Positions 44,698 to 54,816 of a DNA stretch of 64,000 nt are shown here, in pieces. Under the pieces are notes generated by a model. That model searched no databases, was not told where the DNA came from, and saw nothing but the letters and a program-made list of their open reading frames with translations. The DNA lies in contig CAVUWA010000002.1 in NCBI GenBank assembly GCA_963744995.1, positions 192,001-256,000 of the forward strand, in the 5' to 3' direction. The position numbers and the translations under genes are program-made. This DNA comes from Candidatus Eiseniibacteriota bacterium (GTDB taxonomy: Bacteria > Eisenbacteria > RBG-16-71-46). The stretch's first letter is position 1. The number at the start of each line of letters is the position of its first letter.

Positions 44698-44907
44698 TCA
44701 GCGTTTCCTTTCCAGCTGGAAGATACGGTCGGTCGGTTGCCTGAAGACGCGTGCGAACAGCAGCGCCAGCTCGAGGCTGGGCACGTAGCGGTTGCACTCG
44801 ATCGAATTGATGCTCTGACGCGAGACGCCGACGGCGTCGGCGAGCTCCTGCTGGGTCCAGCCCTTTTCGAGCCGCAGTTCGCGCACCCGACCACGGATCT
44901 TTCCCAT
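44698..44907 (-). CDS. XRE/Cro-type HTH transcriptional regulator
   Basis: RVRELR..GWTQQELADAVGVSRQSINSIE..RYVPSLELA. Confidence 0.92.
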   Translation of the reverse strand: MGKIRGRVRELRLEKGWTQQELADAVGVSRQSINSIECNRYVPSLELALLFARVFRQPTDRIFQLERKR

Positions 44908-44958
44908 GACAAGCGAACTTTACATCGGGTCGCGGCCCCATGTCAAGCATGCTTGTCA
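44907..44958 (-). promoter_or_regulatory. Sigma70 promoter overlapped by two palindromic operators
   Basis: Minus strand: TGACAAGcatgCTTGACA (contains -35 TTGACA), an 18-bp spacer, then TAAAGT (-10) within TGTAAAGttcgCTTGTCA, which runs into the ATG. Confidence 0.75.
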
Positions 44959-45063
44959 TGGGGAGGGCGCACGGATGCCGAGCTTTACTGCCAGGCGGTT
45001 CCGGAGCCAGATCGCCCGGAGGGATCGCGCCACGGAACGGGGATGGCCGCGCCGGACCCGGAG

Positions 45064-46185
45064 CTACCCTCCGATCGCGCTCATCCCCCGCTCCGGCTGC
45101 ACGAAGTACGGGCTGTTGATCAGGTGCCCGGGCTCCTTGCGCCAGACCGCGGCGCGCAGCAGATGGGCGATCTCTTCGTCGCCCGTGCCGGCGCGCATCG
45201 CTTTGCGGAAGTCGTACTCGCGGTGCGCGAACAGGCAGGTGCGGATCTGGCCGTCGGCAGTGAGGCGGATGCGGTCGCAGTGCCCGCAGAAGGGCTTCGT
45301 GACCGAAGCGATCACGCCGACCGTGCCGCCGCCGTCCTTATAGATGTAGCGTCGTGCGGGCGCGCTGGGATCGGTGTCGGTCGCGAGCTCGAGCGGGAAC
45401 TCGGCGCCGATCTGATCGAGGATCTCGTCGGCCGGCACCAGTTTCTCGCGCGACCAGGTGTGCTGGAAGTCGAGCGGCATCCACTCGATGAAGCGCACCT
45501 CGTAGCCGTTCTCGCGCCCCCAGCGTGCGAGCGGCACGGCTTCGTCTTCGTTGAAGCCGCGCATGAGCACGGCGTTGATCTTGATCGGGCGGAAGCCCAC
45601 GCGCCGCGCGGCCTCGAGCCCGGCGATGACCTCGTGGAACCGATCGCGGCGCGCGAGCTGGCGGAAGCGCTCCGGGGAAAGGGTGTCGAGGCTCACGTTC
45701 ACGCGCTTGAGCCCCGCGTCGCGCAGCGGGCCGGCCATCTGCACCAGCTTGAGCGCGTTGGTGGTGAGCGAGAGATCGAGACCCGGCTTCAGGGCGTTCA
45801 GCATCGCCACCAGCTTCGGCAGGTCGGCGCGCACGGTGGGCTCGCCGCCGGTGAGGCGGATGCCCTCGACGCCGAGGCCGATGCACACCCGCGCGAAGCG
45901 CGTGATCTCTTCGTAGGTGAGCAGGTGGTCCTTCGGCAGCCACGGCATGCCCTCGGCCGGCATGCAGTAGACGCAGCGCAGGTTGCAGCGGTCGGTGACC
46001 GAGATGCGCAGGTCGCGCACCGTGCGGCCCTGCGTGTCGATGAGCGGGCCCGTGGCGGGCGCGGTGCGGGCGGCGCCCACCGCGGGGCCGGCGATGCCGC
46101 CGAGCGGAACGTCGATACGCTGCGCCGCCGCGTGCGCGGCGCGGCGCGCGGCTTTCACGGGTTCTTTCGGGTCGAAGTCGCTCAT
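45064..46185 (-). CDS. moaA: GTP 3',8-cyclase (molybdenum cofactor biosynthesis)
   Basis: LRISVTDRCNLRCVYCMP, RLTGGEP, FCGHCDRIRLTADG...CLF and C-terminal MSAIGG. Confidence 0.96.
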   Translation of the reverse strand: MSDFDPKEPVKAARRAAHAAAQRIDVPLGGIAGPAVGAARTAPATGPLIDTQGRTVRDLRISVTDRCNLRCVYCMPAEGMPWLPKDHLLTYEEITRFARVCIGLGVEGIRLTGGEPTVRADLPKLVAMLNALKPGLDLSLTTNALKLVQMAGPLRDAGLKRVNVSLDTLSPERFRQLARRDRFHEVIAGLEAARRVGFRPIKINAVLMRGFNEDEAVPLARWGRENGYEVRFIEWMPLDFQHTWSREKLVPADEILDQIGAEFPLELATDTDPSAPARRYIYKDGGGTVGVIASVTKPFCGHCDRIRLTADGQIRTCLFAHREYDFRKAMRAGTGDEEIAHLLRAAVWRKEPGHLINSPYFVQPERGMSAIGG

Positions 46186-46325
46186 GGTGGGGCTCCGGTG
46201 TCGGCCGGGTGAACCAGCATACGACCTGATCCCGATGCGTCCAACCGGGCGCGCCGCAGGATCCGTCCCGGGGCGGATCCCGCGGCGAACTCGACGGGCC
46301 TCGAAACCGGTTGTAGCGTGCGCGC

Positions 46326-48269
46326 GTGCCCGGACATGACCAGCATCGCCGCGCCCGCGGGAGCGGGAGGCCGCCCCAATCGGCTTCGGGGCAGGCGGGT
46401 GGGGGTCCCCGTGGCCGCCCCGGCTCGCCCGCGGAGACGGTCCCCACCGGCCGCGCTCCGGCGTGGTTCAGGGATCCGTGGCTCTGGCTCGCGCTGCTCG
46501 CGGTGCTTCCGCTGCTGCTCCACATGCGCGGCGCGCCGTGGGGCGTCCCGGTCGCGGACGACTTCGACTATCTCCACCGCGTCATCCTGTCGGGGAACCA
46601 CTCGCTGCTGGACGGCTGCGGCTCGATCTTCTACTGGCGGCCGCTCAGCCGGCAGCTGTACTTCGAGGTCTTCTGGCGCGCGATCATGGACCACGCCGCC
46701 TGGGTGGCGGGGCTGCACGCCGCACTGCTGGCGCTCGCGGCGGCGATCCTCTACCGCGCGCTGCGCGCGACGTGGTCGAGCGGGTGGGCGGCGTGGACCG
46801 CCGCGACGTTCGTCCTGTTCGCCGGCTCCACGCGCATGCTGATCGCCTGGCCGAGCAACTTCCAGGACCTCGCGGCGCTGCTGTTCGCCGTCATCGCGAT
46901 CCATGCCGCGGCGCACGGCAGACTCGCCCGCGCGCTGGTCGCGCTGCTGCTCTCGCTGCTGAGCAAGGAAGTCGGCGTGCTCGCGGCGCTGCTGCTGCCG
47001 TGGATGCCGCGCCGGGGCCGGACGGCGCTGCGCGAGCGCGTGCGCTGGGCGGCATGGACCGCGGGCCTCGTCGCGGCATGGGGCGTCGCCTATCTGCTGG
47101 TGAGCCGTGCGGCGCACCTCACGGTGCCGTCGCAGCTCGAGCAGAATCCGGCGGCGCTCGCGACGCCGCTGCCGGCGCGCCTCGGCTGGGCGCTCTGGCA
47201 GAGTGCGCGCTCGGCGTTCAGCCTGCCGGCGATCCGGGTGCCGGGCGAGCGCTGGATCTGGCTCACGCTCGCCGCGCTGTTGATCGCGGCGGCGGCGCTG
47301 ATCGCCGTGCGGCCCGCATCGCGCGCGCGCCTGCGGGCGCTCTCGGGGTGGCCGCTCTGGGGGTTCGCGTGGTTCGCGCTCGCCGGCGCCACGCTGCTGG
47401 CGATCTTCCCGACCTGGGCCGCCTACCGCGGTCTGTTCGCGGTCACCGGGCTCGGCATCGCGCTCGCGGCGCTGCTCGGCGCGGCGCACCCGGCGCTGCT
47501 CGCGGGGCTCGTCGTGCTCAGGCTCGCGGCGTTTGCGGCGAGCCCCGGGCCGCCACCCGCGGTCTCGAGCGCCGAGCTCGTCACCGGGGCGCAGATCGAC
47601 TACCCGAATCTCGTCCGGCTGCAGCGGCTGCTGGGCGAGACGCGCGAGTTGCTGCAGGGCGAGTTCCCGGTGCTGCCCGCGGGCGCTGCCGTCGTGCAGC
47701 ACCATCTGCCGCTCTCGAGTGACTGGGCATTCGTCGGCAGCAAGGCGCTCCAGTGCTGGTATCGCGACTCGACATTGCGCTGGGTGCGCTTCGCGGACTT
47801 CCACGAGGACACCGCGATGCGCGTCACGGCGATCGTCGAATACCAGCCGTCGAGCCCGCTGCAGGTCGCGCTGGTCGAGCCCGACGCCATGCGCGCGCTG
47901 TTCGCCGCCGAGAGCGCGATTCGCGGCGGGGACTGGCACGCGACCATGGCGGCGCTCGATCGAGCGGATTCGCTGCAGACGGATGCCGGCGCCGAAGTGT
48001 TCTACGGCACGGTCGCCGCGAAGAAAGCGCTCGCGTTCGTGGGACTCGGCGACGAGGCCGCGGCCCGGCGCGCGGCGCGGCGCGGCCTCGAGCGCTGGCC
48101 CGAGAATCCGGACTCACGCTACGTCCTGGCGCTTCTGATGGAGCGCGCGGGCCGGCTCGCCGCGGCCGAAGCGCAACTCGACACGCTGCTGGCTCAGCGT
48201 CCGGGTGACCGCGGCGCGCAGGCGCTGCGCGAGCGGATCCACGCGGCGCGTGCGGGGGCAGGGCCCTGA
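46326..48269 (+). CDS. Polytopic membrane protein (GT-C-like) with C-terminal TPR; start uncertain
   Basis: ADDF, FYWRPLS and LLSKE motifs typical of TMTC/GT-C-like proteins; many TMs; helical TPR tail. Confidence 0.65.
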   Translation: MPGHDQHRRARGSGRPPQSASGQAGGGPRGRPGSPAETVPTGRAPAWFRDPWLWLALLAVLPLLLHMRGAPWGVPVADDFDYLHRVILSGNHSLLDGCGSIFYWRPLSRQLYFEVFWRAIMDHAAWVAGLHAALLALAAAILYRALRATWSSGWAAWTAATFVLFAGSTRMLIAWPSNFQDLAALLFAVIAIHAAAHGRLARALVALLLSLLSKEVGVLAALLLPWMPRRGRTALRERVRWAAWTAGLVAAWGVAYLLVSRAAHLTVPSQLEQNPAALATPLPARLGWALWQSARSAFSLPAIRVPGERWIWLTLAALLIAAAALIAVRPASRARLRALSGWPLWGFAWFALAGATLLAIFPTWAAYRGLFAVTGLGIALAALLGAAHPALLAGLVVLRLAAFAASPGPPPAVSSAELVTGAQIDYPNLVRLQRLLGETRELLQGEFPVLPAGAAVVQHHLPLSSDWAFVGSKALQCWYRDSTLRWVRFADFHEDTAMRVTAIVEYQPSSPLQVALVEPDAMRALFAAESAIRGGDWHATMAALDRADSLQTDAGAEVFYGTVAAKKALAFVGLGDEAAARRAARRGLERWPENPDSRYVLALLMERAGRLAAAEAQLDTLLAQRPGDRGAQALRERIHAARAGAGP

Positions 48270-48414
48270 AACACGACCCGGCGCCGAATGCAGGGCGCGG
48301 CGCCGGCCGCGGAGCGCTGGATCTCAAGCGCGGCGGGGCGGGCGCCGAAAACCGCAGCATGCGCCGCCGGCACGCCGCGGCGTGCCGCGACGTCACCTCC
48401 GCTCAGGAGCCCGC

Positions 48415-49497
48415 ATGAGAACCCGTGAGATCGATCCCATTCCGGCGCTGCTGGCCGCCCTCGTGCTGCTGGCCGCGCTTTCCGGCTGCGCGAGCAAGGT
48501 GCGCTCGACCGCGCCCGCCGCGCCGGCGGCGCGCAGCTACATGATGGGTTTCTCGCCGATCGGGCCGCGGCCGGACATCAACGACATCCTCGCCGCGATC
48601 CAGCTGTGGAGTTCGCGCGGCGACGCGGCGATCATCCATTCCGAGCCGCCGTGGGATTCGCTGCTCGCCGGCGTGCCACCGGAGACGCTGGTCACGCGCG
48701 ACCGCGTCGATCTCGTCGACTACCTGCGCGCGCTCGGCCACCGCATCGTGCTGATGGTGGACGCCACCAACGGCATCAACCGGGCCGGCGAGTCGCAGCC
48801 GCTCGCAGACGCGGGCCGCAGTCTCGCCGAACCCGAGGTGCAGCTCCTCTACCGGCGCTACTGCACGGTGCTCGACAGCCTGGTGAGGCCCGACTACCTG
48901 GGGCTCGCCGCCGAGACCAATCTGATCCGCGCCGCGGCGCCGCCTTCGCTCTATGCGGCCGTCGTGCAGGCGGCGAACGCTGCCGCCCGGGACGTGCGCG
49001 CGATCGACCCCGCCGTGAAGCTCTACGTGAGCGTGCAGGTGGAGACCGCGTGGGGGAAACTGCCACCCGGCCCCTATCAGGGTGCGGACCAGGACGTGAA
49101 CGACTTCCCGTTCATGCAGGCCATGGGGCTGTCGTCGTACCCGTACTTCGCGTTCACCGATCCCGACAGCATTCCGCTCGACTACTATGCACGCCTCGCC
49201 GAAGGCAACGGGCTCCCGCAGATGGTGGTCGAGGGCGGCTGGCCGTCGCGGAGCGTGGGGGCGTTCACCTCCACGCCGCAGCAGCAGGTGCGCTACATCG
49301 CGCGCCAGGCGCGGCTGCTCGATCAGGCGCAGGCGGTCGGCGTGTTCCAGCTCACGTTCACCGACCTCGATACCACCGCGTTGCCGCCCGGCACGATCCT
49401 GCCGCTGTTCTCCTACAACGGGCTCGTGGACGAGAACCTGAGTCCCAAGCCCGCGCTCGCGGACTGGGACGCCACCTTCGCGCGTCCCGGGCCGTAG
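48415..49497 (+). CDS. Lipoprotein, putative clan-A glycoside hydrolase-like TIM barrel
   Basis: LSGC lipobox; LGLAAETN, GLSSYPY and VVEGGWPS resemble clan-A acid/base and nucleophile motifs. Confidence 0.6.
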   Translation: MRTREIDPIPALLAALVLLAALSGCASKVRSTAPAAPAARSYMMGFSPIGPRPDINDILAAIQLWSSRGDAAIIHSEPPWDSLLAGVPPETLVTRDRVDLVDYLRALGHRIVLMVDATNGINRAGESQPLADAGRSLAEPEVQLLYRRYCTVLDSLVRPDYLGLAAETNLIRAAAPPSLYAAVVQAANAAARDVRAIDPAVKLYVSVQVETAWGKLPPGPYQGADQDVNDFPFMQAMGLSSYPYFAFTDPDSIPLDYYARLAEGNGLPQMVVEGGWPSRSVGAFTSTPQQQVRYIARQARLLDQAQAVGVFQLTFTDLDTTALPPGTILPLFSYNGLVDENLSPKPALADWDATFARPGP

Positions 49498-49613
49498 CGA
49501 TCAGCTGATCCCGGCGGGCGCACGCCGGGTAGACGTGCCGCATGCGCGTCGCCGCGGCTCCGGCACGCCGCGATGCGCGGCCGCGCGGCAGCGGCGTTCG
49601 CTATACTGCACGC

Positions 49614-50783
49614 ATGAATCATCGCAGGAAGGCCGTGATCGCGGGCGCCGGTATCTTCGCCGCCGCTGCGATCGCCGCACTCTTCCTGTCGCCGTTCGGC
49701 GCGGCGCCGCGGCGGATCGCGGCGCGCGGCCTCGCGCGGCTCGGCGTCGTGCTTCCGTCCGGCGACGCGCCGGAGCGTCCGGCTCCGCCCACCCGCCTGC
49801 CCGCGCTGCCCGCGACCGGCTGGCACCACGGCGGGCCGCTCACCGCCGACTCGCTGCGCGGTTCGATCGTCGTGCTCGCGGTGTTCAGTGACACGCACCC
49901 CAGCGCCTTCGACGTGCTGCCGCAGCTCCAGACCTGGAGCGAGGCCTACGCACGCTTCGGCGTGAGGATCGTGGGGGTGCACGCGCCGGAGTTCGCATTC
50001 GCCACCGACCCCGCAGTGACCGCGCGGCTGGCCGCGCGGCTCGGGCTCACGTTCCCGATCGTCGAGGACCCGGCACTGGAAACGCTCGCTGCGCTCGGCA
50101 GCACCGGCGGCGAGGTGCTGCTGGCGCTCGCCGGGCCCGAAGGGCGGCTGCATGACGTGCGCGCGGCGCGGGATCCCGTGCGCGATCCGGCGGCCGTGGA
50201 GCGCGAGCTGCGCGGGCTGCTCGCGGCGCGTCATCCCGGGCTCTTTCCCGCCGACGGCGCGGCGGCGCCCGCGGATGCGCCCCCGCCGGCGCCGGTGCGC
50301 TCCGTGCGGCTGGGCTCGGTCGCGGTCGCCGCCGGGCCGCTGGCGGAGGTCACGCCCGGTCACACGCAGCCGTTCACGGCACAGTTCCGCTTCCAGATCG
50401 AAGGCGAGCCGTACGTGCCGTATCCGGTCGGCTGGTGGACGCCGCGACCGCAGGGACTCGAGGCGTACAAGGGCGGGGCGGCACAATTCGTCGCCATCCG
50501 CTATGATGCGGCCCGCGCCGGCGTGGTGGTTTCGCCACCCGGGGCGGCACCGTCGCGGCTCTGGATCCTGCGCGACGGCGAATGGTTGCCGAAGGGCGCC
50601 CTCGGCGCCGATGCGCGGCTCGATGCCCGCGGCGCGTCGTACGTCGAGGTGGACGCGCCGGGCTGGTACGACGTCGCGCACGGCGCGGGGGAGCACCTGC
50701 TCCAGCTGTCGCCCGGGGACGCGGGGCTCACGCTGTACGCGCTGACGTTCGGCCCGGGAGCGAAGCCCTCCGCGGCCCGTTGA
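49614..50783 (+). CDS. DipZ-like thioredoxin-fold protein lacking CxxC
   Basis: N-terminal TM, WHHGGPLT..SLRG.IVVL, IVGVHAPEFAF and C-terminal HLLQL..G...YALTFG. TATACT lies 6 nt before the ATG. Confidence 0.75.
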   Translation: MNHRRKAVIAGAGIFAAAAIAALFLSPFGAAPRRIAARGLARLGVVLPSGDAPERPAPPTRLPALPATGWHHGGPLTADSLRGSIVVLAVFSDTHPSAFDVLPQLQTWSEAYARFGVRIVGVHAPEFAFATDPAVTARLAARLGLTFPIVEDPALETLAALGSTGGEVLLALAGPEGRLHDVRAARDPVRDPAAVERELRGLLAARHPGLFPADGAAAPADAPPPAPVRSVRLGSVAVAAGPLAEVTPGHTQPFTAQFRFQIEGEPYVPYPVGWWTPRPQGLEAYKGGAAQFVAIRYDAARAGVVVSPPGAAPSRLWILRDGEWLPKGALGADARLDARGASYVEVDAPGWYDVAHGAGEHLLQLSPGDAGLTLYALTFGPGAKPSAAR

Positions 50784-50828
50784 AAATCGCAAGACCGCGC
50801 CCGCCGGGCGCGGGTGAAGGGACGAACG

Positions 50829-51026
50829 ATGCCGATCTGTGTGTATCTCTGTTACACGCCCGGCTGTCAGACCAAGATGGAGCGCTGGATGCGCACGGCC
50901 GAAGAAGGCGCGCAGGCCGAGATGGAATGCCCGCGCTGCGGCGCGACCATGAACTGTGCGTGGACCGGCACGCAGCAGAAGGCGCCCAACATGAAGGACG
51001 TCACGCCGCCCGGCTGGCAGAGCTGA
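50829..51026 (+). CDS. Small zinc-ribbon protein (FmdB-like)
   Basis: MPICVYLCYTPGC...ECPRCG. Confidence 0.65.
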   Translation: MPICVYLCYTPGCQTKMERWMRTAEEGAQAEMECPRCGATMNCAWTGTQQKAPNMKDVTPPGWQS

Positions 51027-51057
51027 GTCGCCGCGGCGCCGTGCCGGCGCCGCGGCG

Positions 51058-54000
51058 TCAGTCCTTCTCCGCCATCCCCAACGCCGCGCGCGCGGCCTCG
51101 AGATCGAGACGCGCGCCGCAGGTTTCGAACAGCGCTGCGGCGTGCTCGTAGTCGGCACGCGCCCCCGCGTCGTCGCCGGCCGCTGCCCTGAGCGCCGCGC
51201 GTCCGACCCGCGAACGCCCTTCGTGGATCCGCATGCCGAGTCGCTCGAAGCGGGCGATCACCGGATCCCAGAGCGCGGCATCGGCGCCGGCCTCCGCGGC
51301 GTCGGCGCGGGCTTTCGACATACGGACGATCGCACCCCACATCGGCGAGAGCGCTTCGATCCCCACCGAATCGGCCCGCCCGACGGTCTCGCGCACGAGC
51401 GCCATGTCGCCGGCGTCGGCGAATGCATGCGACGCCTCCGCGAGCCACACCAGCAGTACACCCCGCGAGTCGGTGCCCTCGAGGTGTTGCGCCCCGTTCT
51501 GGACGAGCCGGACGCCCTCCGCCGTCTCGCCGTGCCGGATCCGCGCCCAGCCGAGGCCCAGGTCCGAGTCCGTCAGCGGATACGTCTGCCCGGTCTGCAG
51601 GGCGGCCGCGTGGGTCGCGACCATGACGTCCAGCGCTTCGTCGAGGTCGCCGCGCTCCATGAGGCCCCGCGCGAGGACGATGTTCGTGAGGATCTCCAGA
51701 CGCTCTTCGCCGAGCCGGCGGGCCAGCTCGACGCCGGTACGCGCCGCCTGGATGGCCTCGTCGAGCTCGCCGCGCATCCGCAGGACGTGGGCGAAGCTGA
51801 ACTGCGCCCACGCAACGCGCGCCATCGCGCCGACGCGCCGGCCGATGGAGCTGTTCTTCTCGGAGGCGTCCTGCGCTTCGGCGAAGCGCCCGATCAGGAA
51901 GCTGTCCTCGGCGATGAACTCCCAGCCGACCGCCACGCCGGCAGGGCGGTCGAAGCGTTCGCCGATCTCGATCGCCTGGCGCGCGAGCGCGATGCTCTTC
52001 TCGTACTGGGCGTCGTGTTGGAACGCGCCGGCGAGGTAGCTGAGGATCGTGATCATCAGATCCGGATCCTCCGCCGTGTCGAACATGCCGCGCGCGCGTT
52101 CGAGCGTCTCGATCGCGGCATGGTGGTGCCCGCTCAAGTGGTCGTAGCGCGCCAGCGCGGTCAGGGCGTTCGCGAGTTCCAGACGCTGTGCATCGGGGTC
52201 CAGCTCCGCGAGCGCCTTTTCGAGGTGGGCACGGCCCCGCGGGTCGGCGGTCGTGACGTAGATGCCGCCGAGCAGCGAGCGGATTTCGGCGCGTTCGCCC
52301 GTCGTCTGTGCCAGCGCCAGTGCGCGCTCTCCGTGCTCGGCCGCCAGCGCCGTTTCGCCGCGGGCTTCGTGCACGTCCGCGAGCCGCCGCTCGACCGACA
52401 TGAGCCGCACGGTGTCTTCGAGCGCCTCCGCGCAATCGCGTGCGCGCTCGAGATGATCGAGCGCTTCGTCGAACGCGAACACGCGTCGCGCCTGTGCGGC
52501 GGCGGCGAGCGAATAGTCGTAGCCCTTCTCGAGGCTCCCGCCTTGCGCGAAGTGATAGGCGAGCTCCTGGACGTAGTCGTCGGCCTGCGCTCCATAGAGG
52601 TGCTCCAGCGATTCCCCGATCCGCTGGTGCAGCCGGCGCTGGCGGATCGGGTTCAGCTCATCGTGCAGCACCTCGCGGATCTTGTCGTGCGTGAACACGA
52701 AGCGCTCGCCGCCCTCGAGCCGCACGAGCTGCGCCGCCGAGGCCTCGTCGAGCGCGTCGAGCAGCGCGTCCTCGCCGGCGTCGCTCACCGCGGCCAGCGT
52801 GGTGAATTCGAACGCCTTGCCGAGCGCGGCCGCGGTGTGCAACACGGCGAGGCACGACTCGCTCAGCCGGTTCAGGCGCCGGCCGATCGCCGCCTTGATG
52901 CTCTGCGGAATCGTCAGCTCCTCGACGTCCTTGCGCTGCCAGCGGTTGCCCTCGCGGTAGATCTGGCCGTTCTCGATCAGCGACTTCACCACTTCCTCGA
53001 CGAAGAAGGGGTTGCCCTCGGTCTCGCGGTGAATTGCCGCGGCGAAGTCGCCGGAGACGCGCTCCTGGCTGAACATCGTCGCCAACATGCGCCGGGTGTC
53101 CTCGAGTGACAGGCGTGCGAGCGGCACGCGTGTCGCCAGCCGCTCGCGGTTCCACTCCACGAGCGCGGCCGACAGCGGATGCGCCCGGTCGAGCTCGACT
53201 TCGCGGTAGCAGCCGAGCACCAGCATGCGGTCCTCGCGCATGTTGCGCAGCACGTAGTGCAGCAGCTGCAGCGTGCCGTGATCGGCCCAGTGCAGGTCGT
53301 CGAGGAACACCAGCAGCCCGCGGCGCGCGGCCAGCGACTGCAGATAGCGCGCGAACGCGTCGAACAGGCGCAGGCGCTCCTGCTGCTCGCCGACCGGGGG
53401 CGGTGCAGGCTGCGGGCCGAGCTTGGCGTGGATCTCGGGCGCGAGGCGCGCCAGCTCCGGCGCCGTGTCGCCGAGGATCGAACCGAGCGTCTCGGCGGGC
53501 TGCTCGTTCACCCACTGCCGCAGTCCCTCGACCCAGGGCAGATAGGGCGTGGTGGCCTCGAATTCGTAGCAGCCACCCTGGAGGATCGTCGCGCCCTGCA
53601 GGCCGGCGAGGACGACCACCTCGCGGGCGAGGCGCGTCTTGCCGACGCCCGGCTCGCCCGAGACGAGCGCCATGTGCGAGCGGCCCTGCACGGACTGCAT
53701 CCACATCTCGCGGAGCTGCGCGATCTGCTCCTGACGCCCCGTCATGCGGCCGCGCGCGAGGCCGTCGAGGCGGACCGCATCTTCCTGCGCCGGCGTGGCG
53801 GACGTCGCCGCGCGGCCGTCGAGCGGCACCGCGGCGAGCGCCGCATCCAGCGCCTCGGCGTCCGGCCAGCGCTGCTCGCGATCCTTGGCGAGGCAACGCA
53901 CGATCGCGCGCTCGAGTTCCGCCGGCACGTCCTTGCGATACGCGCCCGGCGGCACGACCGGCGCATGCAGGTGCTGCGAGATCACCGCGAGCGGATCGTC

Positions 54001-54627
54001 GCCCTCGAACGGCAGCCGTCCGGCGGTCAGCTGGTAGAGCAGGACGCCGAGCGCGTAGAGGTCGGCGCGCCCGTCGGCCGGAATGCCGAGCGCCTGTTCG
54101 GGCGCGAAATACGCCGCCGTGCCGATCAGCGTACCTTCGCGCGTGAGGCGTGTGGAGTGGCTGAGCCGCGCCACGCCGAGATCGGTGAGCTTGATCGTCG
54201 CCGTGCCGCCGCCCGACTTCACCAGCACGTTCTCCGGCTTGAGATCGCGATGCACGATGCCGCTCGCGTGGGCGTGACCGAGCGCCGCGCACAGCTGGCG
54301 GCCGACCGAAACGACCTCGGCGACGTCCCACTCGCGGCGTGGATCGACCGGCGCGCCGTCGATCATCTCCATGACGATGAACGGCGTGTCGTCCGAGACG
54401 CCGGCATCGAAGACCGCGACGATGTTCGGATGCTGGAGCCGCGCTGCGGCCTGTGCCTCGTGGCGCCAGCGGGTGAGGGTCTCCTCGTCGGGCGCGTGGG
54501 CGCTCAGCACCTTCACCGCGACGTCGCGCTGCAGGGTGCCGTCGTGCGCGCGATACACGACGCCCATGGCGCCGCGGCCGATCTCGGCGTCGATCCGGTA
54601 GCGCTCTGCGAGGGTCCTGCCGATCAC
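51058..54627 (-). CDS. Ser/Thr kinase fused to an AAA_16/STAND-type ATPase and TPR repeats
   Basis: GRGAMG, HRDLKPEN, DLG, YFAPEQ; GEPGVGKT, LDDLHWAD, EGNPFF and FTHDKIRE; TPRs. GTG start after GGAGG. Confidence 0.92.
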   Translation of the reverse strand: MIGRTLAERYRIDAEIGRGAMGVVYRAHDGTLQRDVAVKVLSAHAPDEETLTRWRHEAQAAARLQHPNIVAVFDAGVSDDTPFIVMEMIDGAPVDPRREWDVAEVVSVGRQLCAALGHAHASGIVHRDLKPENVLVKSGGGTATIKLTDLGVARLSHSTRLTREGTLIGTAAYFAPEQALGIPADGRADLYALGVLLYQLTAGRLPFEGDDPLAVISQHLHAPVVPPGAYRKDVPAELERAIVRCLAKDREQRWPDAEALDAALAAVPLDGRAATSATPAQEDAVRLDGLARGRMTGRQEQIAQLREMWMQSVQGRSHMALVSGEPGVGKTRLAREVVVLAGLQGATILQGGCYEFEATTPYLPWVEGLRQWVNEQPAETLGSILGDTAPELARLAPEIHAKLGPQPAPPPVGEQQERLRLFDAFARYLQSLAARRGLLVFLDDLHWADHGTLQLLHYVLRNMREDRMLVLGCYREVELDRAHPLSAALVEWNRERLATRVPLARLSLEDTRRMLATMFSQERVSGDFAAAIHRETEGNPFFVEEVVKSLIENGQIYREGNRWQRKDVEELTIPQSIKAAIGRRLNRLSESCLAVLHTAAALGKAFEFTTLAAVSDAGEDALLDALDEASAAQLVRLEGGERFVFTHDKIREVLHDELNPIRQRRLHQRIGESLEHLYGAQADDYVQELAYHFAQGGSLEKGYDYSLAAAAQARRVFAFDEALDHLERARDCAEALEDTVRLMSVERRLADVHEARGETALAAEHGERALALAQTTGERAEIRSLLGGIYVTTADPRGRAHLEKALAELDPDAQRLELANALTALARYDHLSGHHHAAIETLERARGMFDTAEDPDLMITILSYLAGAFQHDAQYEKSIALARQAIEIGERFDRPAGVAVGWEFIAEDSFLIGRFAEAQDASEKNSSIGRRVGAMARVAWAQFSFAHVLRMRGELDEAIQAARTGVELARRLGEERLEILTNIVLARGLMERGDLDEALDVMVATHAAALQTGQTYPLTDSDLGLGWARIRHGETAEGVRLVQNGAQHLEGTDSRGVLLVWLAEASHAFADAGDMALVRETVGRADSVGIEALSPMWGAIVRMSKARADAAEAGADAALWDPVIARFERLGMRIHEGRSRVGRAALRAAAGDDAGARADYEHAAALFETCGARLDLEAARAALGMAEKD

Positions 54628-54816
54628 GAAGCCTCCGGGGGGTGCCGTTCTGCAAGGGGGTCGAAAACCCCGGACAGGGTAAACACGATCGGCCATGACG
54701 GGAAAGCGGGGGGGGCGCGGCAGGGTAGCGGCTTGGATGCGCGCCACGTGGAAACGTTGCGTGAATCGTACCGGAACGGGGCGCGGGCGCGGCGCCGCGG
54801 GGCGCCGGGACGCCGC

